Shown piece by piece: positions 1 to 10,533 of a stretch of 32,000 bases of DNA (position 1 is its first letter; each line of letters begins with the position of its first letter). Location: assembly GCA_963517115.1 (NCBI GenBank), contig CAUQEW010000011.1, positions 45,225 to 77,224 of the forward strand. The letters are read 5' to 3'. The notes beneath the pieces are model-generated. The model searched no databases and was not told the origin of the DNA. It saw nothing but the letters and a program-made list of their open reading frames with translations. Origin of the DNA: an uncultured Lachnospiraceae bacterium. Lineage in GTDB: Bacteria > Bacillota > Clostridia > Lachnospirales > Lachnospiraceae. Position numbers and translations under genes: made by a program.

Positions 1-238
1 CATTTTTAGCAGAATCGATCCCTTTTCTACTAAATACAGATGCGTTATAGCCTGCATTAACAACAGCCTTAATAATATAATTATAATCTGTTACATCTGT
101 ATCATATTCAACCATCATACTATTTGAAAGGAGGTTTACAGAAACGGACTGAACACCTTCCACCTTATTCACGCTCTTTTCTACAGTAGCGGAGCAAGAG
201 GAACAAGTCATTCCAATAACATTAAATTTTTGATTCAT
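1..238 (-). CDS. copA: Heavy-metal (copper-type) P-type ATPase, N-terminal HMA domain only; the gene runs off the window start
   Basis: My translation from the ATG at 238-236 on the minus strand gives MNQKFNVIGMTCSSCSATVEKSVNKVEGVQSVSVNLLSNSMMVEYD..., which carries the GMTCxxC metal-binding motif. The frame stays open to position 1 (more than 79 aa, so longer than a CopZ chaperone). An AGAGGTGAG RBS lies just upstream. The ORF is missing from the supplied track because it is truncated. Confidence 0.75.
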   Translation of the reverse strand, partial: MNQKFNVIGMTCSSCSATVEKSVNKVEGVQSVSVNLLSNSMMVEYDTDVTDYNYIIKAVVNAGYNASVFSRKGIDSAKN

Positions 239-258
239 CTATCAACTCACCTCTTTAC

Positions 259-276
259 TATACCCCCGTGGGGTGT
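259..276 (-). promoter_or_regulatory. CsoR-type operator candidate for the ATPase gene
   Basis: The plus-strand sequence TATACCCCCGTGGGGTGT is a GC-rich pseudo-palindrome (TACCCC..GGGGTG) of the kind bound by CsoR copper repressors. It sits between the -10 and the RBS of the ATPase gene. Confidence 0.55.
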
Positions 277-293
277 CTCTGTTACAAAAATAG

Positions 294-320
294 ATTATAC
301 CAATTTATTTGTTTTGTCAA
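294..320 (-). promoter_or_regulatory. Sigma-A type promoter of the ATPase gene
   Basis: On the minus strand, TTGACA (320-315) is followed by a 15-nt spacer that ends in TGG, then TATAAT (299-294). This makes an extended -10, TGgTATAAT. Confidence 0.55.
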
Positions 321-336
321 GTGATTTTTTTTACAT

Positions 337-363
337 AAAAAATAGCGCAATGCGCTGTTTTTT
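337..363 (-). terminator. Rho-independent terminator closing the ECF sigma operon (structurally bidirectional)
   Basis: An AGCGC-AAT-GCGCT stem-loop (344-356) is flanked by an A-run (337-342) and a T-run (358-363). On the minus strand the hairpin is followed by ATTTTTTAT. Confidence 0.6.
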
Positions 364-432
364 ATTAATCTCTAGTCGGACATAAAAGCCTTGTCAGCCG
401 ATCTCAGTCGAACTAGTTCGACACCAAAACGA
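364..432 (-). repeat. Half copy (B3) of the family B long-foldback element, inverted relative to B2
   Basis: The reverse complement, GTGTCGAACTAGTTCGACTGAGATCGGCTGACAAGGCTTTTATGTCCGACTAGAGATTAAT, aligns with B2 at about 14323-14388 (GTCGTCGAACTAGTTCGAATGAGATCGGCTGACAAGGCTGCTTATGTCTGACTATGAGACTAAT). No partner arm is present. Confidence 0.8.
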
Positions 433-445
433 ATATTTATACTTC

Positions 446-742
446 TTAATAATAAAAGCGTTCTCCATGTTCAAATATAAATTGTGCACATGCCATACTC
501 ATCGCAAAAAAAGTTAATACAATAATTAAAAATATAGCTGCCTTATCATATACCATTTTACCTTCTTTATCCAGGAAATGACTCACTAATATTTCACACC
601 CTAGAATAATAAGTAAAATAGGCCAAAGGCCAAAAACTAATTCATAACTAATTGCTTCTGTTAAAACTCTAGCAATAAATAATGTGCCAAAGACAATTAA
701 TCCGGTTCCGAGTGTAACTGTTCCTACCTTATGCGTTCTCAT
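446..742 (-). CDS. Small integral membrane protein (about 3 TM), last gene of the ECF sigma operon
   Basis: This is a 98-aa hydrophobic ORF that overlaps the upstream gene by 14 nt, which suggests translational coupling. Its glycine-rich N-terminal TM segment is reminiscent of LiaF/LiaI-like TM regions, but that is a weak call. Confidence 0.6.
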   Translation of the reverse strand: MRTHKVGTVTLGTGLIVFGTLFIARVLTEAISYELVFGLWPILLIILGCEILVSHFLDKEGKMVYDKAAIFLIIVLTFFAMSMACAQFIFEHGERFYY

Positions 743-1349
743 CTGATTCCTTCTCCTTTATCATAATCTGATTACTGGAATATTGGGATAAACTGGATGC
801 AGACTTGCTTTCTATTTTAGAATTATCAGAATCCAACTCTGTCTTCTTCCCAATTATCATTTTCACACCGATTACTATAATAACTACTGCAAACAAGATT
901 CTTGATGCATTCCAACGTAGAGAATTGACAAATGCAAATAATTGCGGATAATTTGATATTTGACTACTCAAATAATCCAAAACATTTTCACCTAATACCG
1001 ATACACCAATAAGTATTAATAACATTGCTATTATAGTTTCATATTTTGAGTATAACTTTTTAATTAATATATGGTCCGAATTTGGTAGAAATAGAAATTG
1101 ATCTTCTAACTCTTGAAATTTTTCATCCGAAAGTGACATTTTATTGATAGAATCAAAAAAGCTATAAAACCACAAAACCGGAAGTGCGAACATAACTGGT
1201 CCAATATTTAACCAACTACCTGTAAAGAAAATAACTGCCGTTGCTGCCATAATAGAAACTCCCTGTTTCATAAAGCCCATATACATTTGTCCTGCACCAA
1301 ACATCATTGAAAATATAAGTGTAAAAAATTTATTTTTTTTCTTCGTCAT
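729..1349 (-). CDS. Integral membrane protein, function unknown
   Basis: The ORF is 729-1370. The likely start is MTKKKNKFFTL at 1349, which overlaps the anti-sigma gene end. It has several TM helices and a FGAGQMYMG motif resembling TM2-type domains. Confidence 0.65.
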   Translation of the reverse strand: MTKKKNKFFTLIFSMMFGAGQMYMGFMKQGVSIMAATAVIFFTGSWLNIGPVMFALPVLWFYSFFDSINKMSLSDEKFQELEDQFLFLPNSDHILIKKLYSKYETIIAMLLILIGVSVLGENVLDYLSSQISNYPQLFAFVNSLRWNASRILFAVVIIVIGVKMIIGKKTELDSDNSKIESKSASSLSQYSSNQIMIKEKESDENA

Positions 1350-1869
1350 TCCAATTATCCTCCATGTCATACCTATTAGTTGATACTAATGTATCCGCAT
1401 ATTGCACCATACTGTTTGAAAATTCTCTTAAACCATAATTCATGTTATTAACAAATGATTCCACCGAATATTCCGCTTCCAATTGTCCCGTGTCAACCTT
1501 GCCGGTCGATATACCCAAAGTAGGGAAATTACCAAAAGAGGATACAAAGATCATAGCCAACGCTCCACACATTGCTAATCCTACCTTCAAGCTGTAACGA
1601 AACAACTGAAGCCGATTGGAAGGCTGCTGCTTTTGTTTGATTTCGCTTAGCTTTTGATTCTCAGCTAGTTCCTTTGACTTCATAAGAATATTATATTTCA
1701 TATAATGAGGCGCTTTTATCATAGAGCTTTTCTCTATCATTTCCACATAGGAAGCTGCACATTTGTTGCAGGAAGCGATATGCTCAAGTGTCTGTACATT
1801 GTCCTGTATTTTCTTATCGTCGATGTGATTGCTTCCTAAAGGGATTAATTGTTTCTCTTCTGTTGCCAT
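1330..1869 (-). CDS. Anti-sigma factor (zf-HC2 type) with one TM helix
   Basis: It has the HxxxCxxC motif (HIASCNKC) near the N-terminus and a central TM segment (LKVGLAMCGALAMIFVSSF). It lies 4 nt downstream of the ECF sigma gene. Confidence 0.7.
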   Translation of the reverse strand: MATEEKQLIPLGSNHIDDKKIQDNVQTLEHIASCNKCAASYVEMIEKSSMIKAPHYMKYNILMKSKELAENQKLSEIKQKQQPSNRLQLFRYSLKVGLAMCGALAMIFVSSFGNFPTLGISTGKVDTGQLEAEYSVESFVNNMNYGLREFSNSMVQYADTLVSTNRYDMEDNWNDEEKK

Positions 1870-1873
1870 ATCC

Positions 1874-2437
1874 TCACTCCCTTCTCCATGACTTTCTTAA
1901 CATTGTCTTGGCACGGTAAACTTGCGTTTGTAGTGTTTTTAACTTCTTACCACTTTGTTCCACTATCTCTGAGATATCTTTCTCGTAATAAAAGTACTCA
2001 ATAGCAACATTTTGATAAGGAGGTTTCAATTGATTGCACATATCAAATAACTGCTGCTTCACATCTTTTTCCAGTATTTGTTCCTCAAGCGTTGGTGTAT
2101 TACATTTCACTTCATGAAAATATGTATCTTCCATGGGTATTACATTTCTACCTGCACGTTTTAAGAAATCCAAACATTTATTTGTTGCAATCCGACAAAT
2201 CCATGCTTTTTCATTGTTTCCATCAAAACCCGAAAGATTTCGATATGCGGATAAGAAGGTATCCTGAGAAAGATCTTCTGCATCAAAATAGCTTTTCACA
2301 ATTTTAAAACATATGGAGAAAACCAAATCTCCATATTGATCAATTAAATATTCTAAATAGTCATCTTGATTGATTTCTCCCACCTCCTCTTTTACTATTC
2401 CCTTTGTAATTGGATTCTTAAAACTCGAACCACTCAT
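1874..2437 (-). CDS. ECF-family RNA polymerase sigma-70 factor
   Basis: Region 2 (DLSQDTFLSAYRNLSGF ... AWICRIATNKCLDFLKR) and a region 4 helix-turn-helix (ISEIVEQSGKKLKTLQTQVYRAKTMLRK) are both recognisable. Confidence 0.85.
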   Translation of the reverse strand: MSGSSFKNPITKGIVKEEVGEINQDDYLEYLIDQYGDLVFSICFKIVKSYFDAEDLSQDTFLSAYRNLSGFDGNNEKAWICRIATNKCLDFLKRAGRNVIPMEDTYFHEVKCNTPTLEEQILEKDVKQQLFDMCNQLKPPYQNVAIEYFYYEKDISEIVEQSGKKLKTLQTQVYRAKTMLRKSWRRE

Positions 2438-2521
2438 TAAAGCAATTATATACCCTTCTATGATATATAACGAGATAGCAGATAAAATTACTTCAATTTT
2501 TTAAAAATAAATTTTTTGGTA

Positions 2522-2559
2522 TAAAAAAAAGACAACCCTCATATTTATTAGGATTGTCC
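2522..2559 (-). terminator. Rho-independent terminator after the ADP-ribosylglycohydrolase gene
   Basis: The minus strand reads GACAATCCT-N10-AGGGTTGTC followed by TTTTTTTT (the plus-strand A-run at 2523-2530). The single mismatch is G:T on the minus strand. Confidence 0.75.
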
Positions 2560-2575
2560 TTTTCTCTATCTGTAA

Positions 2576-3592
2576 TCATTTTTCCACGAATGGTGACAGA
2601 GGGTATAACTCATTGCTTAGTTCATCGAAGTTTAAATTATTCATTCTCTCTAAATCCTTAATTAGCGAATCGTTAAAGTTCGGATTCATTCCTCCACATA
2701 TGCCTGTAGCTATTGCTCCGATGGTATCCGTATCCCCACCAATGGATGCACAAAGATTAGCGGATATTATGGGATCGCCTCCAGATAATTCTATGATTGC
2801 AAGAACGGATGGAATGGTTTCTATAGTCTCAACTCCTGTGCCTATCACTTCATATAGGTTTTTCAACGCCTCTGGCATTGTACAATTTCTAATCATTTTT
2901 TTTGCCAGTTTCATTCTCTGAACGATAGATGCTGATGGAATCTGAAAGCCATGGTTCAATGCTCGTCCGGCAATTTCTTCTGCCAGGTTCCAAATCTTTT
3001 CTATATCATTTCCACCTGAGACAACATAACTGACAATTCCGGCAACAATACTGGCTCCCTGTATGGCAATTGAAGTATTATGCGAGGGTTTGCATATCAT
3101 ATTCACATTATTGATCAAAGAGTCCGTGTCACGATAGTCTGATATAATTCCAATTGGGCTTATTTTCATTGCAGCTCCGTTTGTTGTACCGAATTTTCCG
3201 GTCTCCTCTACGGATACCCCTCTCTCAATTGCTTCCAGTGCCTTTAGTGTACTTGGTCCACATACAAGCGCCGCTACTTTCGACTCGTTTTTCCACTTAA
3301 TCAACTGATTGATATAGCTTTCTGTATTGATAATGCCATGATTTTCAATAATCATTTTTGCTATCATCATTGTATTAATAGTATCATCCGTAATTTCACC
3401 AGCTGACATGGTTCTGCCAAAAAAATCATCCGCTTGCGATGGAAGAAGTTCTTCTATTCCCTTGGGAAATCTTACGTTAATATGCTCCTGCGTCCAGAAC
3501 TCTGTGGGCATACCCATGGCATCTCCATAGGCTCCGCCAATCAAAACGCCTCTAATTCTTAAATACAGTTCCTTATCTATTTCACTTTTCAT
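2576..3592 (-). CDS. ADP-ribosylglycohydrolase (ARH/DraG) family protein
   Basis: It has the N-terminal GGAYGDAMGMPTE motif and the C-terminal GGDTDTIGAIATGICGG motif typical of the ARH fold. Its start codon abuts the PTS stop codon (3592/3593). Confidence 0.85.
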   Translation of the reverse strand: MKSEIDKELYLRIRGVLIGGAYGDAMGMPTEFWTQEHINVRFPKGIEELLPSQADDFFGRTMSAGEITDDTINTMMIAKMIIENHGIINTESYINQLIKWKNESKVAALVCGPSTLKALEAIERGVSVEETGKFGTTNGAAMKISPIGIISDYRDTDSLINNVNMICKPSHNTSIAIQGASIVAGIVSYVVSGGNDIEKIWNLAEEIAGRALNHGFQIPSASIVQRMKLAKKMIRNCTMPEALKNLYEVIGTGVETIETIPSVLAIIELSGGDPIISANLCASIGGDTDTIGAIATGICGGMNPNFNDSLIKDLERMNNLNFDELSNELYPLSPFVEK

Positions 3593-6401
<2,809 letters not shown>

Positions 6402-6422
6402 CTTTTTTCCCCCACAAACACA

Positions 6423-6490
6423 CAAAAAACCTATCATCGCACCTTAAATGGATGATAGGTTTAGCTCGCTTCACAATCGCAACAATTACT
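6423..6490 (-). promoter_or_regulatory. RAT antiterminator target overlapping an intrinsic terminator in the licT leader
   Basis: The minus strand reads GTAATTGTTGCGATTGTGAAGCGAGCTAAACCTATC (RAT-like). It overlaps the 5' arm of the AACCTATCATC-N12-GATGATAGGTT hairpin, which is followed by TTTTTTG. Confidence 0.7.
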
Positions 6491-6503
6491 ACCCTTTAAT
6501 TTC

Positions 6504-6531
6504 ATTATATCCGAATAATGAGAATTGTCAA
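6504..6531 (-). promoter_or_regulatory. Sigma-A promoter of the licT-PTS operon
   Basis: On the minus strand, TTGACA (6531-6526) is followed by 16 nt and then TATAAT (6509-6504). Confidence 0.7.
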
Positions 6532-6534
6532 TAA

Positions 6535-6580
6535 CTTAAATTAAAAAATTAGACGGTCTTAAATTAAAAAATTAGACGGT
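6535..6580. repeat. Perfect 23-bp tandem duplication
   Basis: CTTAAATTAAAAAATTAGACGGT occurs twice back to back (6535-6557 and 6558-6580). It lies just upstream of the licT -35 and downstream of the comEC stop. Confidence 0.95.
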
Positions 6581-6601
6581 CAAACTATAAAAATGGTTCC
6601 T

Positions 6602-9061
6602 TTAATCTTCTTGATCTAAATACTTTTTTATTTTCATTTGTTTTCCATCTGTTTCAATCATAATTGCTCCACATTCCTTTGTAATTAAAACATCACTTTC
6701 TATTTCTTCTAACCGATCTAATAATTCCACATGAGGATGTCCATAACTATTCCCTTTTCCACAAGAGATTACTGATAATTCAGGTTTCACAAGTTCTAAA
6801 AAAGTATTAGACGTTGAATATTTGGATCCATGATGCGCTACCTTTAATATATCATAGTCTACTGCTATTTTCATTAAATTATCTGATTTATCTAGACTTT
6901 TTCGTTCTAATTCATTCATTACCAATTCTTCACCATCTGCTTCTAAATCACCTGTAAGTAAAAGATCAAATTGATCATAACTAACACTTAGAACTGTTGA
7001 ATAAGCATTTCTTGAAGTCGTATTATAGTTATGATTAGGGTGTATACAGGTAATAGTTACTTCACCGTCCTGTATGATATCTCCTTTTTCCATAAATAAA
7101 ACCTCAATTCCTTTCGATTGAGCTAATGTGACTAATTCCATATAAGAGTCATCTTTTAGAGAACAATTAGGAAGGATTAAATGTTGGATTACAACAATAC
7201 CACTATATACTTTACTAATAAGACTATTATCTTCCATTCCTTCAATCAATTCCTTTAATCCTGAGATATGATCGGCATCCGTATGAGTCACAATCGCATA
7301 ATCCAGTTCCCATATTCCGCTAGCTTTTAAAAAAGGTAAAATCCTATATAACCCTACTTTTTTTACATCAGAACTTCCTCCATCTATCAAGTAGTTAGTC
7401 CCATTTGGTGTTTCCATAAATATTCCATCGCCTTGACCTACATCTAAAAATGTTACTTTGTAATTGTCATTTTTTGATCTTGCTAAAACAATAATTAAGA
7501 ATGATAGTAGTAATATACTTGCCTTTCGTTTTATACCGTTGTTTATAACAACAAAAAGTAAAACAATAAAATAGTATGTGAAAATAATGAGTAAACTAGG
7601 TTTTCCTGTCAGTAAAGTTTTTCCCGGCAATCCAGATGTTATGCGACAAATAAATTCATAGAAATTAAGGATATAATGAACACACCCTATAGTAAAAATA
7701 CTAAAAGGCAAAAAAATACAACCTAATATACCTGCAATAATAGCCATTAAAACGATGAGGGATGACAAAGGCAAAATTATCATATTTATAATTAAAGAAT
7801 AAACCGGGAATTCATAAAAAAAGTATAAAATGATTGGAAAGGTCATAATTTGTATACTAATGCTTAAACACAGTCCTTCTAATATCTTATTCTTTATTGG
7901 AATCATATAGACTATTACTGGATTGATAAGCGCAATACCAAGCATTGCACCAAAAGATAGTAAAAATCCAGCATTATAAATTTGCATCGGGGATTGAATT
8001 AAAATGATTAAAGCACTTAAGGAAGTTGCCGAAAGTAAATCATAGGTCCTTCCTATCACTCCGGCAATCATAAGAAGAATAAGCATGACAACTGCTCGAT
8101 TGGTCGAAACGCTAAAATTAGTTAAAACACCATAAGAAAATATTAGACAGATGGATATTACAGTAGCCAGTAAAATTGGAATTCTAACTTTACGTAATAA
8201 TAAATATAACGTCATTCCTAAAAGCGATACGTTGAGTCCCGATATAGAAAGTATATGGGATATCCCGCTTTCCTGATACAATTTTTTCATTTCATCATCT
8301 AGAAGTGACATTTCGCCTAATATCATCGCTGACATAATACCAGCTTCCTTCATTGGCAGAATCTCATGATAAATACCAACAAATTTTTTCTTGATAGAAT
8401 AAAGCAACTGATGAAATCTTGAGTAATTTGCATTCACAATAGTAATTTGTTCCGCATTTATCTTATAATCAATCTTACGCATTTTATTGTATTGATATTC
8501 GTTGAATTGCCCTGAATTAGTGGCCATTTGAAATTTTAAGATTTGTCCTGAGATAGACAAGATATTACCGATTTTAAATGATTCTTCCGAAGTACTATAG
8601 ACTGTTATCTTATCACTCGAAAAACTTAGTGATTCATATTCGTTTTCTTCTTGCGTCGATTGCAATATTAATTCCTGATTATTTGACTTACCAGCTAATG
8701 TTATCTTATTATTCTTTAAAGTAAGTAATGTATATAGTTCCTTTTCCTCTATCATTTCCAACTGACCTATAACGGTTCCACTGATTTTATCATCAAAAAC
8801 AGTATCCATACTTGCTGGTTCCATTTGTTGATTCATAAAAAAATATCCTAACATCCATAAAAAAGGTAAACCCAACAGAAAACCAAAATGTATTAACTTA
8901 ATCTTCCCCCTACTCCAAAGAACCCAGATCCATATAACAATCCCTGTCATCATTACGCAAGCTATAATAACCACAAACCAAACTCTCCCCTTATAAACCC
9001 CCATCCCAGCCACATAAGCCGCCAGTAACCACACAAGTGGTCTCCTAATCCCCAAAAGCAC
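6602..9061 (-). CDS. comEC: DNA internalization competence protein ComEC/Rec2
   Basis: The 819-aa protein has an N-terminal TM/OB region, a polytopic competence domain, and a C-terminal metallo-beta-lactamase domain (VTHTDADHISG ... KVAHHGS). The annotated start is a GTG at 9061; a TTG at 9055 is an alternative. Confidence 0.9.
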   Translation of the reverse strand: MLLGIRRPLVWLLAAYVAGMGVYKGRVWFVVIIACVMMTGIVIWIWVLWSRGKIKLIHFGFLLGLPFLWMLGYFFMNQQMEPASMDTVFDDKISGTVIGQLEMIEEKELYTLLTLKNNKITLAGKSNNQELILQSTQEENEYESLSFSSDKITVYSTSEESFKIGNILSISGQILKFQMATNSGQFNEYQYNKMRKIDYKINAEQITIVNANYSRFHQLLYSIKKKFVGIYHEILPMKEAGIMSAMILGEMSLLDDEMKKLYQESGISHILSISGLNVSLLGMTLYLLLRKVRIPILLATVISICLIFSYGVLTNFSVSTNRAVVMLILLMIAGVIGRTYDLLSATSLSALIILIQSPMQIYNAGFLLSFGAMLGIALINPVIVYMIPIKNKILEGLCLSISIQIMTFPIILYFFYEFPVYSLIINMIILPLSSLIVLMAIIAGILGCIFLPFSIFTIGCVHYILNFYEFICRITSGLPGKTLLTGKPSLLIIFTYYFIVLLFVVINNGIKRKASILLLSFLIIVLARSKNDNYKVTFLDVGQGDGIFMETPNGTNYLIDGGSSDVKKVGLYRILPFLKASGIWELDYAIVTHTDADHISGLKELIEGMEDNSLISKVYSGIVVIQHLILPNCSLKDDSYMELVTLAQSKGIEVLFMEKGDIIQDGEVTITCIHPNHNYNTTSRNAYSTVLSVSYDQFDLLLTGDLEADGEELVMNELERKSLDKSDNLMKIAVDYDILKVAHHGSKYSTSNTFLELVKPELSVISCGKGNSYGHPHVELLDRLEEIESDVLITKECGAIMIETDGKQMKIKKYLDQED

Positions 9062-9100
9062 GTCCCCCTTCTAATTAAAGTTTCTATACTACTCGACTCC

Positions 9101-9196
9101 CTTTATCTAATCAATGACCTTTATCTAATCAATGACCTTTATCTAATCAATGACCTTTGTCTAATCAACGACCTTTATCTAATTAACGACCTTTAG
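9101..9196. repeat. 18-bp tandem repeat, 5 units plus a partial sixth
   Basis: Units start at 9101, 9119, 9137, 9155, 9173 and 9191. The consensus is CTTTATCTAATCAATGAC, and the distal units carry point changes (CTTTGTCTAATCAACGAC, CTTTATCTAATTAACGAC). Confidence 0.95.
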
Positions 9197-9256
9197 AAAT
9201 GATAAAAAATAATAACTAATATTTTTATTTTTTTATATTTATTAATCAAAAAACGA

Positions 9257-9522
9257 GACCACCGAAAAAGTCTATCTAAAACTTCATTGATTTGCCCGAT
9301 CGGTGACAGCATACCAATATGTTTTTTGCGTAAACCGGCCGATGGAGACTTCTATGTTTTGTTAAGACTCTATTTGAAAATGTAAGCCGCCGCTTACATT
9401 TTCAAATATCTCAGAGGCTTATAAAAAACATGTCTCCTGAGGGTAAGGTAGCAAAAAATATATTGGTATACTGCCACCAATCGGGCAAATCCCAAAAATT
9501 AACTAAGACTTTTCCAGTGGTC
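9257..9522. repeat. Family B long-foldback element, copy B1 (266 bp)
   Basis: Four stem pairings define the fold:
- GACCACCGAAAAAGTCTATCTAA (9257-) pairs with TTAACTAAGACTTTTCCAGTGGTC (-9522).
- GATTTGCCCGATCGGTGACAGCATACCAATATGTTTTTTGC (9289-9329) pairs with 9451-9491.
- GGAGAC..TATGTTTT pairs with AAAACATGTCTCC.
- TATTTGAAAATGTAAGC pairs with GCTTACATTTTCAAATA around the apex at about 9389. Confidence 0.9.
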
Positions 9523-9536
9523 GTATTCTTTCATTA

Positions 9537-10493
9537 TCACTTGCTTCCTTCAACCAATTCCAGATTTCTTTCAAAAAATCCATCAAAAGTAATACCATCT
9601 CTGTAATTCTTTCTAGTAGCACCATCAATTGTAAATTGAACCTTATTAATAGTAGAAAGCTCCACTAAAGAATTAACAACGGAATAAATAATTACTTCGT
9701 CTTTTATATCAGTCATTTGATCAAGTAATTTTTCATTGAAATCAACATAGCAAATTCCATCTTTCGTTGAGACTTTAATCAATTCCGTTCCCTCTGGTAA
9801 TGTTTTAATCATATTTTCCTCAATAGGGCCTGAAATTAATCGTTCAATTATCAATTGTTCTATGGAAAAATTACCGTCATAAGTAATTTTTAAATTAGAA
9901 CCCACCAACGCTGTTCCTTTTTTATTGGAATAATATACTGTAACAAAGACATCTTCTGCATTAGTATTATCTATAAAATCTTCCGAAACCATTAACCCAA
10001 CCGGTTTTTCATTAAAACCCTTTAGTGGCTGTTCACTTACATAAAACTCAATTGAATCCACACCCTCAATTTGACATAGCGTTTTCACTATAGTTGCTCT
10101 GCATAAAACTTCAGAGATTCCAGATAAATTATTATAATCAGAATTAAAATAAATACTTAATCTCCCAGCTTCATTAAAATCATATTTTTCAACAACTAGA
10201 CTGTCTGGTTTTGCCTTCTTTAGAGAAATATCACTTGGATCTTCACTCAATGCCTTTAAATATTCTTCCACTAATTCTTCTGGTGTAGTACCTACCGGAT
10301 TATAATCTTCACCTACAATTTTAGTTTCATTCGTATCAACATAATATACCTGAGTGATAGATTTATCTGTTTCAACCTGTTTGGAATCCTTGTGATCTAT
10401 GCTGCAACCAGTAAATAAAATTGTCGTTAAAAGAACGATGCCCATAGAAAACACCTTGATTCTACTTGTTTTATAACTATCAAATCTTTTCAT
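9537..10493 (-). CDS. Lipoprotein with GerMN-like (GerM family) domains
   Basis: It has a signal peptide with a lipobox (LFTGCS). Two repeats of the GerM-like pattern are present, for example LISGPIEENMIKTLPEGTELIKVSTKDGICYVDFNEKL. Confidence 0.7.
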   Translation of the reverse strand: MKRFDSYKTSRIKVFSMGIVLLTTILFTGCSIDHKDSKQVETDKSITQVYYVDTNETKIVGEDYNPVGTTPEELVEEYLKALSEDPSDISLKKAKPDSLVVEKYDFNEAGRLSIYFNSDYNNLSGISEVLCRATIVKTLCQIEGVDSIEFYVSEQPLKGFNEKPVGLMVSEDFIDNTNAEDVFVTVYYSNKKGTALVGSNLKITYDGNFSIEQLIIERLISGPIEENMIKTLPEGTELIKVSTKDGICYVDFNEKLLDQMTDIKDEVIIYSVVNSLVELSTINKVQFTIDGATRKNYRDGITFDGFFERNLELVEGSK

Positions 10494-10533
10494 AGGAACC
10501 TCCTTTCTATCCAGCGAGAAGTAATTTGGGTTA

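Noticed and set aside
9101-9196. The 18-bp tandem array as a CRISPR array
   Set aside because: The units are directly adjacent with no spacers, are too short, and no cas genes are present.
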